The translations under genes were made by a program, and so were the position numbers. The notes beneath the pieces were generated by a model. It ran no database searches, was not told the DNA's origin, and saw nothing but the letters and a program-made list of their open reading frames with translations. Of a DNA stretch of 64,000 bases, positions 50,963-60,600 are shown in pieces (positions within the stretch are counted from its first letter, which is position 1; each line of letters begins with the position of its first letter). Source of the DNA: an uncultured Alphaproteobacteria bacterium (lineage in GTDB: Bacteria; Pseudomonadota; Alphaproteobacteria; RF32; CAG-239); the NCBI GenBank assembly GCA_944390275.1, contig CALXPL010000007.1:29595-93594 (forward strand), given 5' to 3'.

Positions 50963-51949
50963 TTATTTTTTTCTTTCGGGTTTGATTCCGGTTAGGATAA
51001 AATCAACTCTTTCTTCGGGAGAAAGGCGTTTAGGATAATATTTATCAACTTTTTTCAAAACTTTACCCAAGCCGATTCCGTTAGCAATCTGTACAGCCAA
51101 ACCGGGGCGAGCATTAAGTTCAAGCATCATCGGTCCTTTGTCGGCATCAAGGACAATATCGGCACCGAGATATCCTAAACCGGTCATTTCATAAGCCTTT
51201 GCTCCGATTAAGAGATGTTCGCGCCAAAAAGGAACTTCTATTTTAGATAAATCGGCACCGGTATCCGGATGATGAGTAATAGGCATATTGCGCATAACGG
51301 CTTTAAGGGTACGTCCGGTTTTAACATCAAGCCCGACCCCGACAGCTCCTTGGTGAAGATTGGCACGTCCGCCTGAAGCAGCTGTAGCCAAACGAGTCAT
51401 AGCCATAACGGGATAGCCTTTATAGACAATAACGCGTACGTCAGGAATACCTTGATAGCTATAATTATCAAAGATATGGCTGAAATTGACCATTTCTTCA
51501 ATCACGGCAGTATCATATTGACCACCTAAACTATACAATCCGCTGAGGGTGTTAGAAATATGTTGATAAATTTCTTTATAAGAAAGAATCCGTCCGGAAG
51601 GAGTTGTAAAGGTATTTAAGTCATGAGATTTTATCACAAGGACACCTTTTCCGCCGCTTCCGTGAGCGGGTTTAATAACGAAGGAATTCCAGTCTTTAAC
51701 CAGCTCTAAAAGTTTGTTAACTTCGTGTTGGTATTCGATAATTCCGATGAGGCGAGGGGTATTAATCCCATATTGCAGAGCCAAGGCTTTAGTCTGTACT
51801 TTATCATCGACCAAGGGATAAAGGTTACGTTTGTTAAGTTTGGCAATAAATTTAAAATTACGGCTATTCATACCGAGAATACCGGCATTACGGAGTTCGG
51901 CGGGAGAAGCAAAATATTTTGACAGCCATTGAAACATATTCAAAAACAT
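50963..51949 (-). CDS. Alpha-L-glutamate ligase-like ATP-grasp protein
   Basis: GILGMNSRN, LVDDKVQTK, VIKPAHGSGGKG, GIPDVRVIV, ANLHQGA, LELNARPGLAVQIAN. Confidence 0.92.
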   Translation of the reverse strand: MFLNMFQWLSKYFASPAELRNAGILGMNSRNFKFIAKLNKRNLYPLVDDKVQTKALALQYGINTPRLIGIIEYQHEVNKLLELVKDWNSFVIKPAHGSGGKGVLVIKSHDLNTFTTPSGRILSYKEIYQHISNTLSGLYSLGGQYDTAVIEEMVNFSHIFDNYSYQGIPDVRVIVYKGYPVMAMTRLATAASGGRANLHQGAVGVGLDVKTGRTLKAVMRNMPITHHPDTGADLSKIEVPFWREHLLIGAKAYEMTGLGYLGADIVLDADKGPMMLELNARPGLAVQIANGIGLGKVLKKVDKYYPKRLSPEERVDFILTGIKPERKK

Positions 51950-51951
51950 CC

Positions 51952-53484
51952 TTATTTAACAAGAGGGCGAAAACGTTTTAATTCCGTTAAGCGGTAGCCG
52001 GTATAAGTTCCCAAGAGCATAACAAGGAACAAAATAACCAGATTCAACTCGTTAAAAGCAAACATAATATAACGAATGGTTTCGTTGCAAATAATAAAAT
52101 AAGTAAGGATAGCGGCAATCATACTGAATAAAATTTGTCTTCCGGCATTAAAAGGACCTTCTTCTTCCCAAGTAATGGAAGCGCGCTCAATAACCCAAGC
52201 CATAATAATGATAGGGAAGGAAGCAGCGGAAGCGGTAATATTTGTATTGAAGTGGTAACCATAAACAGTCATAGCCTGAATGATGAGAATGACACAAATA
52301 ACCACGGCGGATATTCTCGGAACGAGGAGCAGGTTCAGTTTTGAGAAGAGCGTACGAATCAGCAAACCGATAGAAATAATAATAGCAAAACAAATGAGTC
52401 CGGGGATAAGACCTGTTTTCACCAAAGCCATAGCCAAGAGCATAGGAGTAAAAGTACCCATCGTTTGTAAACCGATAACATTACGGATAAGAGCGATAAC
52501 CAGAATAGCCAGAGGGAAAATCATGAGCCATTTTATTGTATTTTGTTCATTAACGGGTAAGTTATAGATAGAATTTTCAAAATTTTTGCTGTCATCGGCA
52601 ATTTTTGCACGTTTTCCGGCTAAGTCGAAAGAAGTTGTAACCGATTTGAGAACGGAGAATTTAACGGAAGAATCAAAGCCGCCTTCAAGGTCGAGCAAAG
52701 AATTTCCGCCGCGTTGAAAGATAATAAAGTCAGCCGGCAAACCGATTTGACCGGTAGTAAGATTATACAATTTCCAACGGTTGCCGATATAGGCTTCTAA
52801 CATGAGGTCGGGAGCAAAAGATTTTTTATCTTCAGCCAATTTAATACCGCGAGCCAAACGAGAAGGAATCCCTTTATAAGAGAGCAAACGTTCGATTGTC
52901 TCGGCAACGATTTTCGGTGTTTTTTTCATGGGTAAAAAAGCAACGACGGTTGGTTCGGGTGGAACTTGATTAAACAAGCGAATAAGTTGTTGCGGTAAGT
53001 CGCCTTGAAATTTTTTAGCAAGTTCGAGAAGTTCGTTAGCGATTGCTTCGGTTTGTTCGCTGTAAACAGGTTTTTCGGGAGTTGGAGGAAGAGGGGCTTC
53101 AACTTTTCCTTTAGCCGATTCGTTATCAAAAAGGAGAATACGATAATAGACGTTTTGCAAACCATCGCGAGGTTGAGAAGTTAAGATGAGTCTTCCGTTT
53201 TCTTTAGAAGATTTATACCCAGCAGCCACAATATCTTCATCAAGAATTTTATAATCATCGCTGCTGACGGGAGTAGCCAAAGAGATTTTGACGGGAGAAC
53301 CATCCGCTTCATATTGAATATTAGCTTCAATAGTCCAGACATTAGTTTTGTCTTTTGGAGCGAAAGAAAACCCCCAGTAGCGGACTTTATAATAAGCGGA
53401 ATAAGCGGCATAAGCAACAGAGAACAAGAGCATCAAAGAAATGATAAAACGTACGGTACATAATCTTTTAAGTCTGTAAAGCAT
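51952..53484 (-). CDS. Inactive transglutaminase domain fused to 7TM (UUP1-like) membrane protein
   Basis: Periplasmic domain followed by RNVIGLQTMGTFTPMLLA, LLLVPRISAV, FPIIIMAWVIER, LGTYTGYRLTELKRF. Confidence 0.88.
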   Translation of the reverse strand: MLYRLKRLCTVRFIISLMLLFSVAYAAYSAYYKVRYWGFSFAPKDKTNVWTIEANIQYEADGSPVKISLATPVSSDDYKILDEDIVAAGYKSSKENGRLILTSQPRDGLQNVYYRILLFDNESAKGKVEAPLPPTPEKPVYSEQTEAIANELLELAKKFQGDLPQQLIRLFNQVPPEPTVVAFLPMKKTPKIVAETIERLLSYKGIPSRLARGIKLAEDKKSFAPDLMLEAYIGNRWKLYNLTTGQIGLPADFIIFQRGGNSLLDLEGGFDSSVKFSVLKSVTTSFDLAGKRAKIADDSKNFENSIYNLPVNEQNTIKWLMIFPLAILVIALIRNVIGLQTMGTFTPMLLAMALVKTGLIPGLICFAIIISIGLLIRTLFSKLNLLLVPRISAVVICVILIIQAMTVYGYHFNTNITASAASFPIIIMAWVIERASITWEEEGPFNAGRQILFSMIAAILTYFIICNETIRYIMFAFNELNLVILFLVMLLGTYTGYRLTELKRFRPLVK

Positions 53485-53504
53485 AAGAGAGACCTTATAT
53501 AAAA

Positions 53505-54047
53505 TTAGTTAAGAGTGTTGGAAAGCGAAGTATCGACGATAGCGCGTCCGGTTAAGATATTTCGACCGATAAGGGCTTGGTATTCAAATTTTTCGCGGTC
53601 AGCGAGGTTAAAACGGACACCGGTAATAATTTCTTTTCCGAATTTGACTTCCATATCGACGGCATAACGCTTTTCATGTTCATTAATGCGTTTAATATCA
53701 ACGACTTTTTGGATTTTCTTTTCAAAATGGTGCATTTCACCGTTTTCGCGATTAACAAGGTCAAAAGCGACCCATTTTTCTCCGTCGCGCTCGAATTTTT
53801 TAATATTTTTGGCATCAATGGACGACATTTCGGCACCGGTATCAATGCGAGCTTGAAAAGGTGTCTTCATTGGAAGAAAATAGATAGGTTCGGTTTCACC
53901 GATAATGCCTAAAGAGTGTCGAGGAGTTTTTTTAACTTCGACAGCGGGGACGATTTCGGGGCGCACGGTCTGCTGAGTTGAGCAGGCAGAGAGAAAGGCA
54001 AAAGAAAACATTGCAAAAAACATATAAATATATTTCATTTTTTTCAA
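53505..54047 (-). CDS. RimK-associated 'ATP-dependent Zn protease'/retropepsin-like lipoprotein
   Basis: Lipobox FLSAC, ARIDTGA, FNLADR, ALIGRNIL. Confidence 0.88.
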   Translation of the reverse strand: MKKMKYIYMFFAMFSFAFLSACSTQQTVRPEIVPAVEVKKTPRHSLGIIGETEPIYFLPMKTPFQARIDTGAEMSSIDAKNIKKFERDGEKWVAFDLVNRENGEMHHFEKKIQKVVDIKRINEHEKRYAVDMEVKFGKEIITGVRFNLADREKFEYQALIGRNILTGRAIVDTSLSNTLN

Positions 54048-54172
54048 TTCTTTAATAACTTGTTAAACAAATTCTAAGTAATTTAGAAACAAATTCATAG
54101 AAATGTAAAGTTAAATTTGTTTCTCCTGTGAACAGGAGTTGATAACTTATGTTGTAAAAGGTACTTGAAGGA

Positions 54173-55084
54173 ATGAACATAAAAGAGGCAGAGAGGAAAG
54201 CAAAGATAGCAAGGATACGCATGTATAGAAAAATAAGACAGATAAAAGCGTATCGACGAAAAGTTGAAATAAATGCACTCGCGGCGAAGATGTTGACCTA
54301 TATAAGCATACCGGCATTTGCGGCATGCACACCGTTAACCGCGGCAGAAAATACATTAACGGATGGAAGTTTAGGATTTACGACATCACATGATTTGAAG
54401 ACATATTCCATGATGTTGACACTTATGGGAAAATATGATGTGAAGACGGCGGTACAAGATATTGTTCAGAAAGATAACGAAGAATTTTTACAAGCATTGC
54501 ATGAACAGTATAATGATATAAAGAGTAAAGGAGCGGGAAGACGAGCCTATGTTCAGAGTTTGTTTGGCAATATAAACTATTGTAACATGGCGGTTATAAG
54601 AGTTTTGAAACAAACAAGTTCGGATTATATGAATCAATTTTTGGAAGAAATGGAAAATCCGGCACTATGTTCGGCATTTGTAAGTTATGTGCAAAAAAAC
54701 TATCCGGATTGTATTCGTTATGAAAGAAATTTGAGTACGGATAAATTGCATAAAGGAGATATTGTCGTAACCCAAGTTCCGAGAGGAAGGACGGCAAGAG
54801 GAAATACCGCTACGGGAAATCATACCGTAACGTATGAAGGAGAAAAGTTTTTGAGTTTTAACTCGGAAAGCAAGTATGATGTGAGCGGAAAAGGCTATAT
54901 AATTAGTATGAATAAAATTCGCGAAAAGGCCTTGGAAGAAAAAATAAAGGGGATGAGCAAACAAGAAACGGTTTCTTATTTAGTAGGTCTGTATGCCAAG
55001 AAAGATAATAAGACACAAGAAAAAGTAACGAGTAACGACCAATATAAGATTGCTCAAGTAGCGTTAAGACAACGGGCAAGATAA
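54173..55084 (+). CDS. Hypothetical protein, possible NlpC/P60/CHAP-like cysteine hydrolase
   Basis: NYCNMAV...GDIVV...NHTVTY ordering; AAGGA RBS. Confidence 0.5.
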   Translation: MNIKEAERKAKIARIRMYRKIRQIKAYRRKVEINALAAKMLTYISIPAFAACTPLTAAENTLTDGSLGFTTSHDLKTYSMMLTLMGKYDVKTAVQDIVQKDNEEFLQALHEQYNDIKSKGAGRRAYVQSLFGNINYCNMAVIRVLKQTSSDYMNQFLEEMENPALCSAFVSYVQKNYPDCIRYERNLSTDKLHKGDIVVTQVPRGRTARGNTATGNHTVTYEGEKFLSFNSESKYDVSGKGYIISMNKIREKALEEKIKGMSKQETVSYLVGLYAKKDNKTQEKVTSNDQYKIAQVALRQRAR

Positions 55085-55092
55085 AAAAATAT

Positions 55093-55168
55093 TTGACAAA
55101 TCTTTGTCCAAGATGTAGGTTTCAACTAATTAAGTATCATTATGTTTAACATTATAATTCTTTAAGCT
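55093..55168 (+). promoter_or_regulatory. Sigma70-type promoter and SD-less leader
   Basis: TTGACA-17-TAGGTT containing the GACAAA-TC-TTTGTC inverted repeat. Confidence 0.6.
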
Positions 55169-55396
55169 ATGGACAAACAGAAAGTTATGGAAAATTTATT
55201 TCCGGATTATGTCGAAACCATCCGTTCTCGCAACCTTCAACCTTATAAGGGGACGATAATATTGCCTTGCCGCCACCGTGTTGAACATTGCCTGATAATT
55301 TCGATACATGAACTTCTTCATTTGGTGTATGAAGAAGCCAGCGAAGAAAAGCACAGTTATGTGTATCGTGGCGAGCAAGTCATAGCGGAACAGTAA
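55169..55396 (+). CDS. Small hypothetical protein (ORFan cassette 6)
   Basis: 75-aa ORF with own promoter and terminator. Confidence 0.65.
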   Translation: MDKQKVMENLFPDYVETIRSRNLQPYKGTIILPCRHRVEHCLIISIHELLHLVYEEASEEKHSYVYRGEQVIAEQ

Positions 55397-55402
55397 AAGA
55401 AG

Positions 55403-55442
55403 AAACAGGATTTTTCCGAGAGAAGGAAAATCCTGTTTTTTT
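55403..55442. terminator. Bidirectional terminator
   Basis: AAACAGGATTTTTCC/GGAAAATCCTGTTT followed by a T-run. Confidence 0.85.
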
Positions 55443-55443
55443 G

Positions 55444-57525
55444 TTATCCGGCCAAATAAGTGCGCACGGCATCATCTTGTTCAAATAAATAAAGTAAAAT
55501 ACGAAGAGCTTGCCCGCGAGGGGTTGTTAAAGAGCAATCGGTTTCGACAATCATTTTGGCATCTTTGTTTGCGGTATAGAGCAAGTCTTTATGCAAGCTC
55601 ATATCGGCAATTTTAAATTCGCTGAAACCGGATTGTCGGTTACCGAGCAATTCACCGCCACCGCGAAGTTCAAGGTCTTTTTCGGCAATTTCAAAACCAT
55701 CTTCGGTTTTACGCATAATGTCCAAACGCGAGCGAGAAGTATCCGAGAGGGGATAGCCATACAAGAGCAGGCAGTTAGAGGCTTGAAAACCGCGTTTGAT
55801 ACGTCCGCGGAGTTGGTGGAGTTGCGCCAGACCGAAACGTTCGGCTTGTTCAATAATCATCAGGGTTGCTTCAGGGACATTAACACCGACTTCAATAACG
55901 GTAGTTGCGACTAATAAAGTAATTTCACCGGATTTGAATTTTTCCATAATAGCATCTTTTTCGGTTTCTTTCATACGCCCATGTACCATGCCGACTTTAT
56001 TTCCGAATAATTTTTGTAAGGATTGGAATCTTTCTTCGGCAGCGGCTAAATCAGTTTTTTCAGATTCTTCGACCAAAGGACAAACCCAATAAGCACGGCA
56101 TCCGCTGTCAAGTTTTCGTTTAAGTCCGGCAACAACATCTTGAAGTTTAGAGAGGGGCAGGACGCGTGTATCGACAGGTTTACGGCCGGCAGGAACTTCA
56201 TCAATTTTTGAATATTCCATATCTCCGTAAGCCGTAAGGACGAGGGTTCTGGGAATAGGGGTTGCGGTCATCACCAGAATATCGGCATTATTGCCTTTAT
56301 TCGAAAGGGCTAATCTCTGTTGAACACCGAAACGATGTTGTTCATCAACAACAATACAAGCTAAATCCTTAAAAGCAACATCATCAACAAACAGAGCGTG
56401 TGTTCCGATAAGAATATCGATTTTTCCGTCTGCCAAATCTTCAAGAATAAGTTTTCGAGATTTTCCTTTGACACGACCGGTGAGAAGTTCGGCTCGGACT
56501 TCCAGTTTATCACACAAAGGCTTAATGGTTTCGAGATGTTGTTTGGCAAGAATTTCCGTAGGAGCCATAATAGCGGCTTGAGCTCCGCATTCAACGGCAT
56601 TAAGCATGGTAAGCAAAGCGACGATTGTTTTTCCGGAGCCGACATCTCCTTGTAAGAGACGGAGCATTTTATAGGATGATTCCATATCGGCTGAAATTTC
56701 ATCTAAAACTCTTTTCTGAGCATTTGTTAAAGAAAAGGGAAGATCAGCAAGAACCTTCTGACGTAAATGACCGTCGCCTTTAAGCGATCTGCCGACTTGT
56801 TTTCTTACTTTTTGACGCACCAGAGCCAAAGCCAACTGATTAGCCAAAAGCTCATCATAAGCGAGCCGCTTTTTATGAAGAGAATTCGGTTCAATATCGG
56901 CAAGAGATTTCGGAAAATGGGCTTGAAGCAAAGCCGAACGGAAGGAAGGAAAGTTATGAGTTTTTTGAAAATTAGGTTCCAACCATTCGGGAAAATCAGG
57001 CACACGAGCCAAAGCCTCACGAGCTAATTTTCCAAGCATTTTGTTTGAAACACCGGCAGTAAGAGGATAAACGGGTTCAATTCCGATAATTTTTTGAGCA
57101 TCTTCGGGACGAACGATATAATCGGGATGTGTCATTTGTTTCATCCCGTTAAAAGATTCGATTTTTCCGCTAATAAAACGAGTTGCTCCAACGGGAAGGT
57201 TTTTGGCAATAGAGTCGCCATACACTTTAAAAAAGTTAATAATCATTTGTCCGCTGTCATCTTCGACCAGAATACGATAAGGTTGTTTTTTTGTTTTCTG
57301 AGGGAAATGTTCAACGACACGAACCGAAAGCGAAGCGATTTTTCCTTCTTGAGCTTGAGCGATGGTCGGAATATAAGTCCTGTCAATTAAAGAATAGGGA
57401 AGGTGCCATAAAATATCAACGGTTTTCGGACCACAGAGTTTAATAATTAATTTTTCAAATTTTGAGCCAATACCTTTAAGGGAGGCAATATCCGTAAACA
57501 AAGGAAACAAAATCTGCGGGCGCAT
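55444..57525 (-). CDS. recG: ATP-dependent DNA helicase RecG
   Basis: LLQGDVGSGKT, VDEQHRFGV, MTATPIPRTL, FGLAQLHQLRGR. Confidence 0.98.
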   Translation of the reverse strand: MRPQILFPLFTDIASLKGIGSKFEKLIIKLCGPKTVDILWHLPYSLIDRTYIPTIAQAQEGKIASLSVRVVEHFPQKTKKQPYRILVEDDSGQMIINFFKVYGDSIAKNLPVGATRFISGKIESFNGMKQMTHPDYIVRPEDAQKIIGIEPVYPLTAGVSNKMLGKLAREALARVPDFPEWLEPNFQKTHNFPSFRSALLQAHFPKSLADIEPNSLHKKRLAYDELLANQLALALVRQKVRKQVGRSLKGDGHLRQKVLADLPFSLTNAQKRVLDEISADMESSYKMLRLLQGDVGSGKTIVALLTMLNAVECGAQAAIMAPTEILAKQHLETIKPLCDKLEVRAELLTGRVKGKSRKLILEDLADGKIDILIGTHALFVDDVAFKDLACIVVDEQHRFGVQQRLALSNKGNNADILVMTATPIPRTLVLTAYGDMEYSKIDEVPAGRKPVDTRVLPLSKLQDVVAGLKRKLDSGCRAYWVCPLVEESEKTDLAAAEERFQSLQKLFGNKVGMVHGRMKETEKDAIMEKFKSGEITLLVATTVIEVGVNVPEATLMIIEQAERFGLAQLHQLRGRIKRGFQASNCLLLYGYPLSDTSRSRLDIMRKTEDGFEIAEKDLELRGGGELLGNRQSGFSEFKIADMSLHKDLLYTANKDAKMIVETDCSLTTPRGQALRILLYLFEQDDAVRTYLAG

Positions 57526-57623
57526 AAATAAAAACTTTCACGAAATGATTAAAGAAAACAGTTGCTATTGCGAGATATTGTATATATTTTAGAAAGAGAT
57601 GTAAACAACAAAGAATCAAGATA

Positions 57624-60600
57624 ATGAACAGAGAACTTGCCCAACGAGAAAATTATACGATTTCTTCGGTAGCAGACGGCAGTGAAGCCTTTTTATTAAA
57701 ACAAATTGCCGAAGAATTACGTCAATCAAAACAAAACAACAATAGCCAAGACATATTATATATAGCCAGCGATGGAATATCTTTGGAAAAGACGGCAGAA
57801 GTTTTGTCACGTTTGGCACCGGAAATTCAAATATTAAAATTTCCGGCATGGGATACGGTTCCGTATGATCGAGTATCCCCGAATGTTAATATAATAGCGG
57901 AAAGAATAGCGGCATTGGCCGAGTTGTCCGAAAATCCGCAAAGCAAAGAGCCGCGTATTGTTATTTCAAGCGTGGGAGCTGTGTTGCAAAAATTGCCGCC
58001 CAAGAAAATCTTTTTAAATGCGGTAAGGGAAATTAAAGTTGGCGGAAAATTGGATTTCAATAATTTTCAACATTATGCGGTTATCAACGGCTATAATCGA
58101 GTTGAGCAGGTTTACGAACCGGGAGAATACGCAATTCGAGGAGATATAATTGATATCTATCCGGTCGGAACCAAAGAACCGTTAAGAATAGATTTGTTTG
58201 ATGATGAAGTTGAAAAAATAAGAACATTCGACGTGATGTCGCAGCGAACCACGGGAGAATTGTCAAGTTATTGTTTTCAAGTCATGAACGAAGTTGTTAT
58301 AGACAATAACACAATAAAAAATTTCCGTACGAAGTATCGCGAAACCTTCGGAGCAGATTGTCAAAAGGATGAGTTATACGAAGCCATATCTTCGGGGCAG
58401 AAATACATGGGGATGGAACAATGGCTTCCTCTGTTTTATGAAGATGAACTTCCGGATATATTCGCATATATGCCGCAAGCCAAAATAATTGTCGGTAAAA
58501 ATGTCAGCGATGCGGCACAAGCCAAAGCCGATAGCATATTTGACTATTATCAGGCACGTATGGAGGCACTGAAAATAAAATCGGATACGGAAGTCGATAC
58601 CTACCGTCCGCTTAATCCGGATAGGCTTTATATCAATAACCAAGAATTTGCCGAAAAACTAAAACAAAAGGGCGCGATTTATTTTAGCGGTTTAAGTACA
58701 CCGAGCGGAGCCGATACGTTGAATGTCGGAATTGTTCCGGGTCGAGATTTTGCTCATGCTAAAAATATAAATGCCTCAGAGGTTTATAGCGAATTAAAAG
58801 CGTATTTACATGAAAATCAAAAATTAAAAAGAATAATCGGGTGTTATAGCGAGGGTTCGCGCGAAAGACTTTTTTCACTGATGAGCGAACACGACATAAA
58901 CGATATAACATTTGCGGAAAGTTGGAAAGAGGCGGAAGAAAAAGCACGTCATAAAAAAGTAGTTATGATGTTGTTAAACATTACGCATGGATTTCGGAGT
59001 CTTAACGAAAAACAAGGTGGTCTTTGCCTAATCAGTGAGCAAGATATTTTAGGAGAAAGACAACAACACCGTAGCAAAAAAGTAAGTTCAAAAGATTTCA
59101 TAGCCGATATAGGCTCTCTGAATATCGGAGAATTAGTTGTTCATATCGAACATGGTATCGGAAAATTTTTAGGTTTGGAAAACATCATGGCGGGAGGAGC
59201 TCCGCATGATTGTCTGAAAATATTATATGCCAATGATTCAAAACTTTTTGTTCCGGTTGAAAATATAGATGTCTTGTCACGTTATGGGAAAGAAGATGAG
59301 AATATAGCTTTGGATACCTTAGGCGGAGCGGCATGGCAAGCCAAGAAAGCTCGGGTAAAAGAAAAAATAAGGGAAATAGCTTATCAGTTAATTAAAATAG
59401 CGGCGGAAAGACAATTAAAGAAAGCCGAAAATTTTGTTCCGCCGGAAGGCTTGTATGATGAATTTTGCTCAAAATTTCCCTATACGGAGACAGAGGATCA
59501 ACTTCATGCCATATCCGATGTCTTAGCCGATTTAAATGCCGGAATACCAATGGACAGACTTGTCTGCGGCGATGTTGGATTCGGAAAAACGGAAGTGGCG
59601 TTAAGAGCTGCATTTAGCGTTGCGGCCTCGGGAGCGCAAGTAGCATTGATAGTGCCGACAACACTTTTGGCAAGACAACATTATTATAATTTCAAACAAA
59701 GATTAGAAGGTTTTCCGATAAATGTAAAAATGTTATCGCGATTTGTCACTCCCAAAGAGAGCAAAGAAGTAAAAGCGGGATTAGAAAACGGCAGTGTCGA
59801 TATTGTTATCGGCACGCACGCGCTGTTGGCAAAAGATTTGAAGTTTTCTAATTTAGGATTGTTGATAATTGATGAGGAACAACGCTTTGGTGTTGCTCAT
59901 AAAGAAAAATTAAAAGCCTTAAAGTCATCGGTTCATGTCTTGACACTTACGGCAACTCCGATACCGAGAACATTACAGCTTTCGTTAACGGGAGTAAAAC
60001 AGTTGAGCGTCATAGCAACTCCGCCAGTTGACCGATTGGCGGCTCGAACATTTGTTATGCCGTTTGATAAGGTAATGATAAAAGAAGCGATATATCGAGA
60101 AAAATTCAGAAATGGTCAGACATTTTTTGTTTGCCCGCGTGTTTCGGATATATTTGGTGTTGAAAAGGAGTTGCGGGAGTTAGTTCCGGATATTAAAATT
60201 TTGGTTGCGCACGGACAAATGCCGACAAGTAAGTTGGAAGATGTTATGAATGATTTTGCCGATGGTAAAGGAGATTTATTGCTATCGACAACGATAATCG
60301 AGTCGGGAATTGATATGCCGACGGTAAATACGATGATTGTTTATCGCGCGGATATGTTTGGTTTGGCACAATTATACCAATTAAGGGGTCGCATAGGTCG
60401 TTCAAAGGTAAGAGGATATTGTTATTTTACGGTTCCCAAGCAAAAACATTTAAATCCGGTGGCGGAAAGACGCTTAAGCATATTACAAGCCTTAGATACG
60501 TTGGGAGCAGGTTTTTCCTTGGCCAGTCATGATATGGATATTCGAGGTTCAGGTAATGTATTGGGAGAGGAACAATCAGGGCATATTAAAGACGTCGGTA

